A DNA stretch of 64,000 nt from an uncultured Candidatus Saccharibacteria bacterium (GTDB lineage: Bacteria; Patescibacteriota; Dojkabacteria; SC72): assembly GCA_964618765.1 (NCBI GenBank), contig CAZUDZ010000003.1:18553-82552 (forward strand). Reading direction: 5' to 3'. The notes below the pieces were generated by a model. It saw nothing but the letters and a program-made list of their open reading frames with translations, made no database searches and was not told the DNA's origin. The position numbers and the translations under genes are program-made. The number at the start of each line of letters is the position of its first letter. Positions within the stretch are counted from its first letter, which is position 1. Of the stretch, positions 54,585 through 64,000 are shown piece after piece.

Positions 54585-56321
54585 ATGTTAAAAAAGAGAA
54601 GTAGCATAAAGTTTGGTGGAGCCTCAGGTCAGGGAATTAATACAATTGGTATGTTACTGGCGAAATCTCTTAATGATCAAGGATACAAAGTATTTGCTTA
54701 CAGAGAGTATCCATCCCTCATAAAGGGAGGTATTGCATCTTACCAAGTAGATTTTGCAAACAACAAAGTAAATTCATCTTCGAGACAGTGTGATATTTTA
54801 ATTACATTCACACAAGAATCTTTCGATGAATACCTTAAAGATACAAGAGAGAATGGTATCGTAATGTATGACCAGAAAGGAATTACTACAACAGAGCAAC
54901 AACAGCTTTTCATTAAAAAACAGAATATTTCTTTAATTTTCCTTGATAGTGAAAAGATTGCAACAGATGCCGGTGGTACAAAGATTATGTCAAATGTAGT
55001 AATGTTAGGATTTGTATGGAAAACATTGAATTTAGATGTAGATAGTTTAACAGCAATTGTTTTAGATCATTTCAAAAGCAAGAATATAGATATAGTAGCA
55101 GAGGAGAACTGTATCAAAGCAGGATACAATTCCCCGACCTTTAGACCAGAATTTAAGGAGAAGATAGCTGTACCAAAGGCAGGATTTTTAAAACAAAGTA
55201 ACTATATCATGACAGGAAACCATGCACTTTGCTTAGGAGCAATATCTTGTGGTGTTAGAGGATACTACGGCTACCCCATGACACCTGCTACCTCCATATT
55301 TAAATATCTAGGAGATACTGCTCAAGAGACAGGGATTCTAGTAAAGCAGGCAGAAAACGAAATTACCGCAGTACAGTTGGCACTAGGGAGTATGTATATG
55401 GGAACAAGAGCCTTAGTAGCAACCTCAGGAGGAGGTTTTGATCTAATGACAGAGACTCTCTCTTGTGCAGGCATGTCTGAGACACCTTTAGTAATTATCC
55501 TCTCCCAAAGAGCCGGTGCATCAACAGGAGTTCCTACATGGAGTGGGGCTGCTGACTTAAACCTAGCCGTCAACGCAGGACACGGAGAGTTTCCTAGATG
55601 TGTACTTGCGGCTAGTGATGTTCAATCTAGCTATACACTAGTACAAAAAGCTTTTAATGTTGCAGAGAAATATCAACTTCCAGTAATCTTACTTTCAGAA
55701 AAACAAATCTCAGAATCCATATTTAGCCTTAAAGATATTCCTAAAAACCTTCCCATTGAAAGAGGTCTAACAGAGAGACTACAAGGAGATGAACAGAGAT
55801 ATCAAATTACAGACACCGGAATCTCTCCTCGATGGGTTCCTTCTAAAGAAAGAAAACCATACCTGTCAAGTAGTGATGAGCATACGCAAGATTCAACCAG
55901 TACAGAAGTTTCTAAAGAAATTATTGAGATGGCAGACAAAAGGATGAGGAAATTAGAAGTTTTGCAAAATGAAATCCCTCAACCAACCCTCTACGGACAA
56001 AAGAATGCCCCCATCACATTTGTAGGCTGGGGAAGTGTAAAAAATGCTGTACTAGATGCTATCGAAGAGACGGTTAGTAGTAACGAAAAAAGTAAAATCT
56101 CCTACCTACACTACGAATATATCTACCCTCTACAAACAGAGCTTCTAGAAGAAATAATTTCAAAAGGACACAGATTAGTTTTGGTAGAGAATAATCAAAC
56201 AGGCCAACTTGGAGATTTAATTAAGCAAAGCATAGGATATGAATTTAAAGACAAATTACTAAAATATGATGGGAGACCATTTTTTATGGAAGATATATTA
56301 GATTTTTTAAAAACTAAATGA
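54585..56321 (+). CDS. 2-oxoacid:acceptor oxidoreductase alpha subunit
   Basis: GGASGQG, EYPSLIKGG, GYPMTPAT, QAENEI, ATSGGGF, GHGEFP, KYDGRPF. Confidence 0.95.
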   Translation: MLKKRSSIKFGGASGQGINTIGMLLAKSLNDQGYKVFAYREYPSLIKGGIASYQVDFANNKVNSSSRQCDILITFTQESFDEYLKDTRENGIVMYDQKGITTTEQQQLFIKKQNISLIFLDSEKIATDAGGTKIMSNVVMLGFVWKTLNLDVDSLTAIVLDHFKSKNIDIVAEENCIKAGYNSPTFRPEFKEKIAVPKAGFLKQSNYIMTGNHALCLGAISCGVRGYYGYPMTPATSIFKYLGDTAQETGILVKQAENEITAVQLALGSMYMGTRALVATSGGGFDLMTETLSCAGMSETPLVIILSQRAGASTGVPTWSGAADLNLAVNAGHGEFPRCVLAASDVQSSYTLVQKAFNVAEKYQLPVILLSEKQISESIFSLKDIPKNLPIERGLTERLQGDEQRYQITDTGISPRWVPSKERKPYLSSSDEHTQDSTSTEVSKEIIEMADKRMRKLEVLQNEIPQPTLYGQKNAPITFVGWGSVKNAVLDAIEETVSSNEKSKISYLHYEYIYPLQTELLEEIISKGHRLVLVENNQTGQLGDLIKQSIGYEFKDKLLKYDGRPFFMEDILDFLKTK

Positions 56322-57181
56322 GTATAAATATAGCTGATTACAATTCAGAAAATGCCTTTACGTGGTGTCCAGGATGTGGGAACTTTGCACTTCAAGTATC
56401 TCTTAGAAAGGCTCTAGCAGAGTTAAATATATCTCCTTCAGAGACATTCATAGCCTTTGATATTGGCTGTAATGGAAATGCTGCAGACAAAATCAACACA
56501 TACGCTTTTAAAGGATTACACGGAAGAGCCATCGCTCTTGCTACAGGAGCGCATTTAGCAAACAGGAAATTCACAGTATTTGCAGATATTGGAGATGGAG
56601 GCTGTTTCCATGAAGGCCTAGATCATCTTGTGCACGCTATTCGATCCAACTATAACATCACTATCTTAATTCATAACAATGAAAATTTTGCCCTAACAAC
56701 GGGTCAAGCTACAATTACAACTAAAAAAGAGAAACCTATGTACGGTCTACCCTTTGGAATCCCAGAGAGGAATTTAAATATCTCAAACTTTATACTTAAT
56801 CTACACCCATCCTTCTACGCTAGAACATACTCAGGAGACCCAGTTCAAATGACTCAAATTATAAAGGAAGCAGTACAAAACCAAGGCTGTAGTGTAATTG
56901 AAATTATGCAACTGTGTCCATCATACAACAAAGAGTTTACTCCTCAATGGGCTACAGAGAATATGAAGAAGACAGAAGAGTTAGAAAAATACACACCTAC
57001 TTCCTTTGAAGATGCACAAAACCTTCTTAAAAAAGATTCCATATATACTGGTATAATATTCAGAGATTCAAATATTCCTACTTTCTATGATTCTTCGCAA
57101 TCAAGAAAAAACTCTCTTACTGAACTCACAGAAGAGGTAAAGGAGTACAATATTAAAAAACTTTTAACATATTTTAAATAG
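56318..57181 (+). CDS. 2-oxoacid:ferredoxin oxidoreductase beta subunit (TPP-binding)
   Basis: WCPGCGN, IGC, LHGRA, GDG...NN, LTTGQ, QLCPSYN; ATGA overlap with alpha. Confidence 0.95.
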   Translation: MSINIADYNSENAFTWCPGCGNFALQVSLRKALAELNISPSETFIAFDIGCNGNAADKINTYAFKGLHGRAIALATGAHLANRKFTVFADIGDGGCFHEGLDHLVHAIRSNYNITILIHNNENFALTTGQATITTKKEKPMYGLPFGIPERNLNISNFILNLHPSFYARTYSGDPVQMTQIIKEAVQNQGCSVIEIMQLCPSYNKEFTPQWATENMKKTEELEKYTPTSFEDAQNLLKKDSIYTGIIFRDSNIPTFYDSSQSRKNSLTELTEEVKEYNIKKLLTYFK

Positions 57182-57184
57182 TAA

Positions 57185-59344
57185 ATGGAATCATCAATAC
57201 TTTCACCTAAATCAATTGCAATAGTTGGGGTATCGGAAAATTCAGAGAAGATAGGGTCTGTTATACTCAAAAACCTCATAACCTCTGAATACAATGGGAG
57301 AATATACCCTGTTAATCCTAAGTATGAAGAGCTACAAGGGAGGAAAGCATATCCTGATATTTTAGCAATTAAAGAAGATATAGATATGGTGTGTATTGCG
57401 ATACCATCCCAATTTGTGGAGGATATTGTAGATCACTGTGTTACTAAAAAGGTCAAAAGTGTTGTAATAATATCTGCAGGATTTAAAGAAGTAGGAGAGC
57501 AGGGCAGGCAGTTAGAGAGAAGAATAGTCACAAAACTTAAGAACAGCGGTATAAGATTAATAGGGCCTAACTGCTTAGGATTCATAAATAACAAAGCAAA
57601 GATTAATCTTACCTTCGCTAGGGAAAATCCTGGTAATGGACAAATTGCCTTTGTCTCTCAATCAGGAGCATTTTGTACTGCGATTTTGGATATGGCTTGT
57701 GAGAAAAATTTAGGCTTTTCTCATGTGGTATCAATAGGTAACAAAGCTGATATACATGAGAATGAGCTTATGGAACTCTTTATTTCAGACAACGATATTA
57801 AGGCAATAGCTCTCTATTTAGAAGAATTTACTGATGGTAAAGAATTTGTCACCCTTTGTCAGAAAGCAAAAAAGCTCATACTCATAGTAGCACCTGGTAG
57901 CTCAGAGAAGACACAGGAAGCCATCTCTTCCCATACTGGATCTCTTGCTTCCTCTTTTGACACTACTATAGCAGCCATTAAGAAAGGGAATATGATCTAT
58001 GCCGAGAACTCAAATGAACTCTTTAAGCTCATGAAGCTTGTCGATCTAAATGTTCTTCCAAAAAGCAGAAAAATTGGAATAGTGACAAACGCTGGAGGTC
58101 CTGGAATTATAGCGGTAGACCAGATTGAGAAGAAAGATATGATTCTTGCTCAAATAGGAGAAAAGACCACTCAGAAACTTCTAAAAGCTCTTCCTCCTGA
58201 AGCCAGTATCTCTAATCCAATAGATATTCTAGGAGATGCTCAAAGTGACAGGTTTGACATCACTATAAATGAGCTACTAAACGAGGTTTCTGTAGATAGC
58301 ATCTTAGTAATACTTACACCCCAACTAATAACAGAAATAGAAGCTACAGCGAATGTAATAATCGAAATAATGAAGAAATCTTCCAAGCCCATATATTCCT
58401 GTTTCCTAGGAGGCAAAGACATCAGGTCTGCAATAAGGATTCTAGAAGAGGGTAATGCTCCTTGGTTTACAGATATTCAAGAAGCTATCAGATTAATATC
58501 GAAATTAGCCGAGTTTGAAGAGAACAAGGAACTTACTAAGGTTGTAGATTGTGAGGAGTACCTTAAAAAACCGAGATATAAAAAAGACATAACCGAATAC
58601 ATGGAAGAAGGTAAGAATACAGTTATACCTGACGAGTTAGGAATAAAGATTTTAGAAGAATTTAAGATTGACACTCCTGTGCAAGCAGTTGTAAGTAGTC
58701 TAGAGCAGGGTATAGATTTCGCTTCTACCATATTCCCAGTTGTAATAAAGGCGACTTCAGAGGACCTTGCACATAAAACAGATTTCAAAGCTCTCTACCT
58801 TGATATTAGGACTATCACTGAGCTTGAAGAGAAGTACAGAGAGCTTAAGGAAACTATTACAAAAACTACAGGGAATGTAGCACCTAAGATACTGGTACAA
58901 CAAATGATTCCTGGGAAATTGGAATTCTTCATAGGCGCAAATAGAGAGGGGGGAGTAGATATATATGAGAAAGAAGGCTTAGGGTTTGGACATCTAATGG
59001 CAATAGGTCAAGGAGGTATATATACTGAGGTTTACGAAGATATCAGACACATATTAGTACCAGAGTGTAGAGAGAAAATAGAGGCAATACTTTCTAAAAC
59101 TAAAGTCTCTCAGATTATAGATGGGTATAGAGGCAAACCTCCACTTGCAAGAGAGAAGATAGTTAATTTAATAATGGATATACAAAAGCTATTAATCTCC
59201 TACCCTGAGATAATAAGTATGGATATAAACCCAGTTATGCTTACAGAACAAAGAGCAGTTGTGGTTGATGCTAAATTCTATGTAGGATATAAACCGACTC
59301 AATTAGAACAGATTGATAAAGAGGATCTTACTGTCATAGAGTAA
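57185..59344 (+). CDS. ADP-forming acetate/acyl-CoA ligase (fused alpha/beta)
   Basis: PKSIAIVG, GPNCLG, SQSGA, SHTGSLA (phospho-His), TNAGGPG, NPIDILGDA, HKTD, MDINP ATP-grasp. Confidence 0.93.
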   Translation: MESSILSPKSIAIVGVSENSEKIGSVILKNLITSEYNGRIYPVNPKYEELQGRKAYPDILAIKEDIDMVCIAIPSQFVEDIVDHCVTKKVKSVVIISAGFKEVGEQGRQLERRIVTKLKNSGIRLIGPNCLGFINNKAKINLTFARENPGNGQIAFVSQSGAFCTAILDMACEKNLGFSHVVSIGNKADIHENELMELFISDNDIKAIALYLEEFTDGKEFVTLCQKAKKLILIVAPGSSEKTQEAISSHTGSLASSFDTTIAAIKKGNMIYAENSNELFKLMKLVDLNVLPKSRKIGIVTNAGGPGIIAVDQIEKKDMILAQIGEKTTQKLLKALPPEASISNPIDILGDAQSDRFDITINELLNEVSVDSILVILTPQLITEIEATANVIIEIMKKSSKPIYSCFLGGKDIRSAIRILEEGNAPWFTDIQEAIRLISKLAEFEENKELTKVVDCEEYLKKPRYKKDITEYMEEGKNTVIPDELGIKILEEFKIDTPVQAVVSSLEQGIDFASTIFPVVIKATSEDLAHKTDFKALYLDIRTITELEEKYRELKETITKTTGNVAPKILVQQMIPGKLEFFIGANREGGVDIYEKEGLGFGHLMAIGQGGIYTEVYEDIRHILVPECREKIEAILSKTKVSQIIDGYRGKPPLAREKIVNLIMDIQKLLISYPEIISMDINPVMLTEQRAVVVDAKFYVGYKPTQLEQIDKEDLTVIE

Positions 59345-59347
59345 TTA

Positions 59348-61006
59348 TCAAATTCTTTTTGTACTTGCTTCTACAAATCCCATAAATAGGGGATGTGGCT
59401 CTAGAAATCTACTCTTTAATTCTGGGTGATACTGAGTACCAACAAAAAATGGGTGAACCTCTTTTGGTAATTCTACAGCTTCTATTAACATATCATCTGG
59501 ACTCTTCCCTGACAATTTGAATTCTGATTTCTCGAAAATTTCTCTGTATTTATTATTAAACTCATATCTATGCCTATGTCTTTCCATAACAGTAGGAAGA
59601 TCTCTATACATTCCATTTCCATGTTTTTTGTATATACTGTATATCAAAGAATCTTTCTGCAGATCACAAGGCCAGGCCCCTAATCTAATTGTTCCTCCAT
59701 ACTCTTTCTTCTTGATTAATTCTTGTTGCTCATCCATTAAATGTATTACCTGATTTTCTGATTCAGGATCTATCTCTTGGGAATTAGCATTTTCAATCCC
59801 AAGTACATTCCTTGCATATTCGATAGTGGCCATCTGCATACCGTAGCAAAGACCAAGATACGGTATTTTATTTTCTCTAACTAGTTGAACTGCTTTAATC
59901 TTTCCTTCCGCTCCTCTTGAACCCCAACCTTGGGGAATTATGACGCCGTCCATAGAAAGAAGTTCTTTCTGCTTCTCTAAATTACCTTCTAAATCATCTG
60001 CTACTATCCAATGGATCTTAGGTTCTAAAGAGAACTCCCAACAAGCATGATTTATAGCTTCCAAGACAGATACATATGAATCCTTTAGATCAAAATCTCC
60101 ACTCTTGTAGTATTTCCCTACAATACCAATGTTTATACTCCTCTTAGGATTCTTTATCTTCTCAACTTTCTTTTTCCAGTTAGTATACAAAGGAGTACTC
60201 TTAGCTTTCATATCAAGTGCACTTAAGATCTCTTTCCCAATATTTGCACTCTCGAAATTAAGAGGGATATCATATATGCAATCTACATCGGGAGCTGATA
60301 TAACATGGGATTTTTGTACAAAACAGTACCTACTAATTTTCTCTATCCTTTCTTGATCTAAAGAGACTGAAGACCTCGCTATTATGAAATCTGGGTGTAT
60401 ACCAAAACTATTTAGTTTCTGAACAGAAAGCTGTGCAGGTTTCGTTTTCATTTCTCCAAGCATTTGGGGGACAGGGAGGTATGTAACATGAATGTGTATG
60501 ACGTTAGAAGGGTCTGTTAACTTCATGAACTGGTTGGCAGTTAACATCAAACCGTTACCCACCTCCCCAACTGTTCCTCCAATTTCAATTATAGTTACTT
60601 GTACATCATCACTCTTTGCTACTTGCTTAATCCAATCTACAACACTCTCTGGTATGTGATGATCCAAACTAACCCATCTTCCATCGAACTCTAGAGATCT
60701 TTCTTTCTGTATAACTCTTTCTAACACTGCCCCTAAGGTCATAGAATTAGGTCTAGCAAATGATTGGTTTGTAAATCTCTCATATGTCCCAATATCCATA
60801 TCTGTTTCAAAACCATCTTCTAAAACAAAAGTCTCTCCATGCTCAAGAGGATTCATAGTACCAGCGTCAATATTGATATATGGGTCAGCCTTTAACATTG
60901 TGACCTTCTTACCGTACGATTTTAGGATAAAGGCAATAGAGGCTGCAGATACTCCTTTTCCAATTCCAGAAATAACGCCTCCCGAGATAAATATGTATTT
61001 TGACAT
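59348..61006 (-). CDS. pyrG: CTP synthase
   Basis: GGVISGIGKG, DPYINIDAGTM, EIGGTVG, KTKPAQ, GLCYGMQ, ERHRHRYE, QYHPE; start refined to 61006. Confidence 0.98.
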   Translation of the reverse strand: MSKYIFISGGVISGIGKGVSAASIAFILKSYGKKVTMLKADPYINIDAGTMNPLEHGETFVLEDGFETDMDIGTYERFTNQSFARPNSMTLGAVLERVIQKERSLEFDGRWVSLDHHIPESVVDWIKQVAKSDDVQVTIIEIGGTVGEVGNGLMLTANQFMKLTDPSNVIHIHVTYLPVPQMLGEMKTKPAQLSVQKLNSFGIHPDFIIARSSVSLDQERIEKISRYCFVQKSHVISAPDVDCIYDIPLNFESANIGKEILSALDMKAKSTPLYTNWKKKVEKIKNPKRSINIGIVGKYYKSGDFDLKDSYVSVLEAINHACWEFSLEPKIHWIVADDLEGNLEKQKELLSMDGVIIPQGWGSRGAEGKIKAVQLVRENKIPYLGLCYGMQMATIEYARNVLGIENANSQEIDPESENQVIHLMDEQQELIKKKEYGGTIRLGAWPCDLQKDSLIYSIYKKHGNGMYRDLPTVMERHRHRYEFNNKYREIFEKSEFKLSGKSPDDMLIEAVELPKEVHPFFVGTQYHPELKSRFLEPHPLFMGFVEASTKRI

Positions 61007-61094
61007 GTTCTTGTTTTTGAGGTTATTGACCAATCTATCTAAATCAGTGATGAGTGTCAAGTATCCTGTAATTTACTCCCTATTCCAGCACCTT

Positions 61095-61817
61095 CTATCT
61101 ATTTAAATATTTGATTCTTTCATTTTCATTAAATTTCTCTATGGAATAACGCAATGTAGTTCTAGATATTCTACTCCCATATTCATCTAGAAACTCTTTT
61201 AAAACACCAATATCCTCTTTCCCAACCTCTCTTAACATCCAACCCAATGCCTTATGTATTAAATCATGCTTACTGTCTAGTAACAGTTTGTTGAATTCTA
61301 AAATATCTTTAAAATCCTTTCCCTTGATGAACACCATCGTAGAAACAATTGCCACTCTCTGGTTCCAGATACTTTTACTTCTTACTAAATCATAGAGGAA
61401 GGATCTATCCCTTTCCCTCAAATACTCTCCAATAATCTTGTGTGCACTAGCATCTACTAAATTCCAACTATTTACCCATTTGAGATTCTTAACATAGTAA
61501 TCATATATCTCTTTTTTTGATATCTTAACCCCATTCTCTTTTCCGGTATCTTGCTCTTCATACTGATATGTTAGGCACAGCAGAGCAAATAGCCTGTGTT
61601 CATGAATTTTACTAGTAATGAAAAAATCTAAGTCTTCAAGAGAAATCTTGTTTAAATACTTCTTACACAGCCTCCTAATATCTGGCACTGTTACACCAAC
61701 AAACTGATCACCTTCTCCATATTCACCCTTTCCTGTTTTAAAAAATCTTTCTGAATTTTTAGCTCTTTGTTCAGAAGAGAGAGTTACAAAATCCCTTAGT
61801 ATATCTTTTCTTAACAT
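61095..61817 (-). CDS. DNA alkylation repair protein (AlkD family)
   Basis: FFKTGKGEYGEGD, HEHR, NSWNLVD, HDLIHKALGWMLRE, RTTLRYSIEK. Confidence 0.93.
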   Translation of the reverse strand: MLRKDILRDFVTLSSEQRAKNSERFFKTGKGEYGEGDQFVGVTVPDIRRLCKKYLNKISLEDLDFFITSKIHEHRLFALLCLTYQYEEQDTGKENGVKISKKEIYDYYVKNLKWVNSWNLVDASAHKIIGEYLRERDRSFLYDLVRSKSIWNQRVAIVSTMVFIKGKDFKDILEFNKLLLDSKHDLIHKALGWMLREVGKEDIGVLKEFLDEYGSRISRTTLRYSIEKFNENERIKYLNR

Positions 61818-61926
61818 AGCTCAATATATTACAGAAACAAACAGTATACAACTCTCATTTAGAACATTTCATTTCATCTTGACCTACACTTCAAATCCTG
61901 TAACATGTACTCAGGGTATTTAATAT

Positions 61927-62051
61927 GAAAGCGACTGGGCAATGCCAAGGACATTGCTACGAGGTAGGAGCTATCGAGTCATCAGCGGGTACTCCTAGGC
62001 TATATTGTTAGCCTAAAGGTTAAAACAAATAGATAAAAGTTAACCATCAAT
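61927..62051 (+). ncRNA. glmS ribozyme (GlcN6P-activated), variant form
   Basis: A^GCG cleavage motif at 61930/61931, P1 GGCAATG/CATTGCT, ACGAGG core, P2 TAGGAG/CTCCTA, TATCGAG..CAGCGGG, P3 GGCTA/TAGCC, P4 GGTTAA/TTAACC; directly upstream of glmS. Confidence 0.85.
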
Positions 62052-62088
62052 CCCTAAAGACAGAATGTAAATTATTAACTACACTAAC

Positions 62089-63879
62089 ATGTGCGGAATA
62101 TTTGGATACTCAGGAAAAAAAGAAGCTAACGATTTAGTTTTTCAAGGATTAAAAAGATTAGAATACAGAGGATATGATTCATGGGGTATAGCTGTGCTTA
62201 ATCAGAATGAAATATATCAATACAAAGATATTGGTATGGTTAAAGAAGACAGTAAATTAAAAAATCTCCCAAAGAGTAATATCGGATTAGGGCATACAAG
62301 ATGGGCTACCCACGGTGGAGTAACCAAAAGTAATGCTCATCCACATATTGCCACTAGCAAAGATTTCACTCTTGTACAGAATGGAATTGTAGAGAACTTT
62401 GATACTCTTAAAACGCAATTAAAGAAAGAGAAGGAACAGTTTAAATCTCAAACAGATACAGAAGTTATTGTAAAACTAGTAGAGAAAGAGCTTGTAAAAG
62501 GTAAAACTCTTAAAGATGCTTTCATGAAGGCATTTAAAACATTACAGGGAAGGAATACTGTGGCACTACTAGATGCTAAACAGAACAGGATATATGCGAT
62601 TAAAAATGGTTCTCCTTTGGTACTAGGTATATCCAAAGATGGTACATATATTGCATCTGATTCTCTCTCTTTCTCTCCTTACACTAAGAAGATCGTTGTT
62701 CTTGATGACTATGATATGGTTGAGATAGAGGGTTTGGAATACAAAATTAGTAATATTAAGGATGGTAAGATTAAGAAAGCAAATATTAAGACATTAAAGT
62801 ATCAGTACGAGGATATAGATAAGGGGAAGTATGATCACTTCATGCTCAAGGAGATTGCAGAGCAACAGAAAACAATTCTGTATGCTACTGATTACACATC
62901 AAAGGAGTTAGAACCCTTGGTTAAAGCTGTAAAGAAGTCTAGAAAAGTATACCTGTTGGGTGCAGGAACAGCAGGGTTTGCAGCAGGGCAGATAGCATAC
63001 TTTTTAAGAACGATAGCAGGAGTAGATGCTTTAGATATTAAAAGTTATGAATTTAAATCTTTCCTTCCTGTAATCTCTTCAGATGATTTAATAATTGCCA
63101 TCTCTCAAAGTGGAGAGACAGCTGATACCATAGAGCCACTAGAAGTGTTTAAAAAGATGGGATGTAAGATTGCTAGTATAGTGAATATGTATGGAACAAC
63201 AATATCAAGAATGTCTGATTTTGAATACTACATCAACGCAGGACCTGAGATCTGTGTAGCATCTACTAAAGTATTTACAGCACAGAGTGCTTGGGGATAT
63301 CTCTTAGCAATGAGTGTTGTGGGGGAAGAGAAGACAGCTCACAAGAGATTAAAAGAGTTGTCTAAATCTATGGGTACCCTGTTTACACCGAAGAGTTTTG
63401 AATATATTAAGAGTAAGATATGTAGAGCTCTTAAAGATCATGAGCATTTCTTCATACTAGGTAAAGGAGAGAATGCTGCCATAGCGTTTGAGGGAGCATT
63501 AAAAATCAAGGAGATATCTTACAAGCATGTAGAGGGTTTTAGTGCAGGAGAATTAAAGCATGGAGTTATTGCACTAGTTGAGAAGGGGACACCTGTTTTC
63601 GGAATAATACCCTCAAAGGAGAATATAGATGATAGTAAGGATTTAGTAAGTGCAATGGAGCAGGTAAAGGCTAGGGGAGCGTTGACCATAGGGATAGGTT
63701 CTGGGGAATTTTCTAATTTAGAAATTTTTGATTACTACATATCTACTCCTCAAATTAATTCTTTAGGTAGTATTGCAAATGTAGTACCTTTTCAACTCAT
63801 ATCCTACTTCCTCTCTCTGCTTTTAGGTAATAATATAGATAAGCCTAGGAATTTGGCAAAATCTGTGACTGTTAAATAG
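62089..63879 (+). CDS. glmS: Glutamine-fructose-6-phosphate transaminase (isomerizing)
   Basis: MCGIFG, RLEYRGYDSWG, GHTRWATHG, SQSGETAD, GELKHG, DKPRNLAKSVT. Confidence 0.99.
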   Translation: MCGIFGYSGKKEANDLVFQGLKRLEYRGYDSWGIAVLNQNEIYQYKDIGMVKEDSKLKNLPKSNIGLGHTRWATHGGVTKSNAHPHIATSKDFTLVQNGIVENFDTLKTQLKKEKEQFKSQTDTEVIVKLVEKELVKGKTLKDAFMKAFKTLQGRNTVALLDAKQNRIYAIKNGSPLVLGISKDGTYIASDSLSFSPYTKKIVVLDDYDMVEIEGLEYKISNIKDGKIKKANIKTLKYQYEDIDKGKYDHFMLKEIAEQQKTILYATDYTSKELEPLVKAVKKSRKVYLLGAGTAGFAAGQIAYFLRTIAGVDALDIKSYEFKSFLPVISSDDLIIAISQSGETADTIEPLEVFKKMGCKIASIVNMYGTTISRMSDFEYYINAGPEICVASTKVFTAQSAWGYLLAMSVVGEEKTAHKRLKELSKSMGTLFTPKSFEYIKSKICRALKDHEHFFILGKGENAAIAFEGALKIKEISYKHVEGFSAGELKHGVIALVEKGTPVFGIIPSKENIDDSKDLVSAMEQVKARGALTIGIGSGEFSNLEIFDYYISTPQINSLGSIANVVPFQLISYFLSLLLGNNIDKPRNLAKSVTVK

Positions 63880-63931
63880 TGAATATTTAGTTTACAATAT
63901 ATTTGTAGATTTAAATTTTAATATTAAATAT

Positions 63932-64000
63932 ATGGAAGAAGAAGTAGTAAGTAGTAGTGAAGAGGTAGTAAGTAGTAAGGAGGTGGAGAAAAAGGGTTCT
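63932..64000 (+). CDS. Start of an acidic low-complexity protein, truncated by the window edge; contains a 21-nt tandem duplication
   Basis: ATG after an AT-rich leader; MEEEVVSSSEEVVSSKEVEKKGS; near-identical units at 63938-63958 and 63959-63979. Confidence 0.5.
   Translation, partial: MEEEVVSSSEEVVSSKEVEKKGS

Noticed and set aside
3284-56321. Possible UGA=Gly recoding (code 25), as in some CPR lineages
   Set aside because: Long genes are intact under code 11; TGA ends gatB and the oxidoreductase alpha gene at natural C-termini in ATGA overlaps; the tRNA-Gly anticodons are TCC and CCC
577-62636. Many 60-170 aa ORFs antisense to long genes (e.g. 577-804, 3447-3731, 31143-31658, 38722-39144)
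   Set aside because: Ser/Phe/Leu/Ile-rich shadow frames of purine-rich coding strands, fully overlapping well-supported genes
1-64000. CRISPR array, rRNA, prophage or IS elements
   Set aside because: No regularly spaced repeats, rRNA-like segments, or transposase, integrase or phage structural genes were recognised

Overview
AT-rich, gene-dense chromosomal segment with frequent strand switching, about 65 CDS and 8 scattered single tRNA genes. I see no rRNA, CRISPR array, integrase or transposase. Gene content suggests an anaerobic, fermentative CPR/Patescibacteria genome, possibly Dojkabacteria-like (inference). TGA acts as a stop at ATGA overlaps, so the code is standard table 11. Housekeeping genes include parAB, lepB, gatABC, rnhB, helD, gpmI, rplS, dnaE, uvrBC, mutL, lexA, nrdR/nrdD/nrdG, trxB, map, a 2-oxoacid:ferredoxin oxidoreductase plus ADP-forming acyl-CoA ligase operon, pyrG and glmS. 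Main observations: (1) a naturally split class III ribonucleotide reductase whose glycyl-radical motif is carried by a separate 45-aa microprotein missing from the ORF track; (2) a variant, shortened glmS ribozyme upstream of glmS; (3) pervasive extended -10 boxes only 5-9 nt before ATG, implying mostly leaderless mRNAs; (4) a lipoprotein cassette with a long structured 5' leader; (5) several enzyme folds with altered catalytic residues (Fic, cupin PGI, transglutaminase Cys->Ser) and a membrane-anchored HEPN-motif protein. All family calls come from motif recognition by eye; no searches were run.
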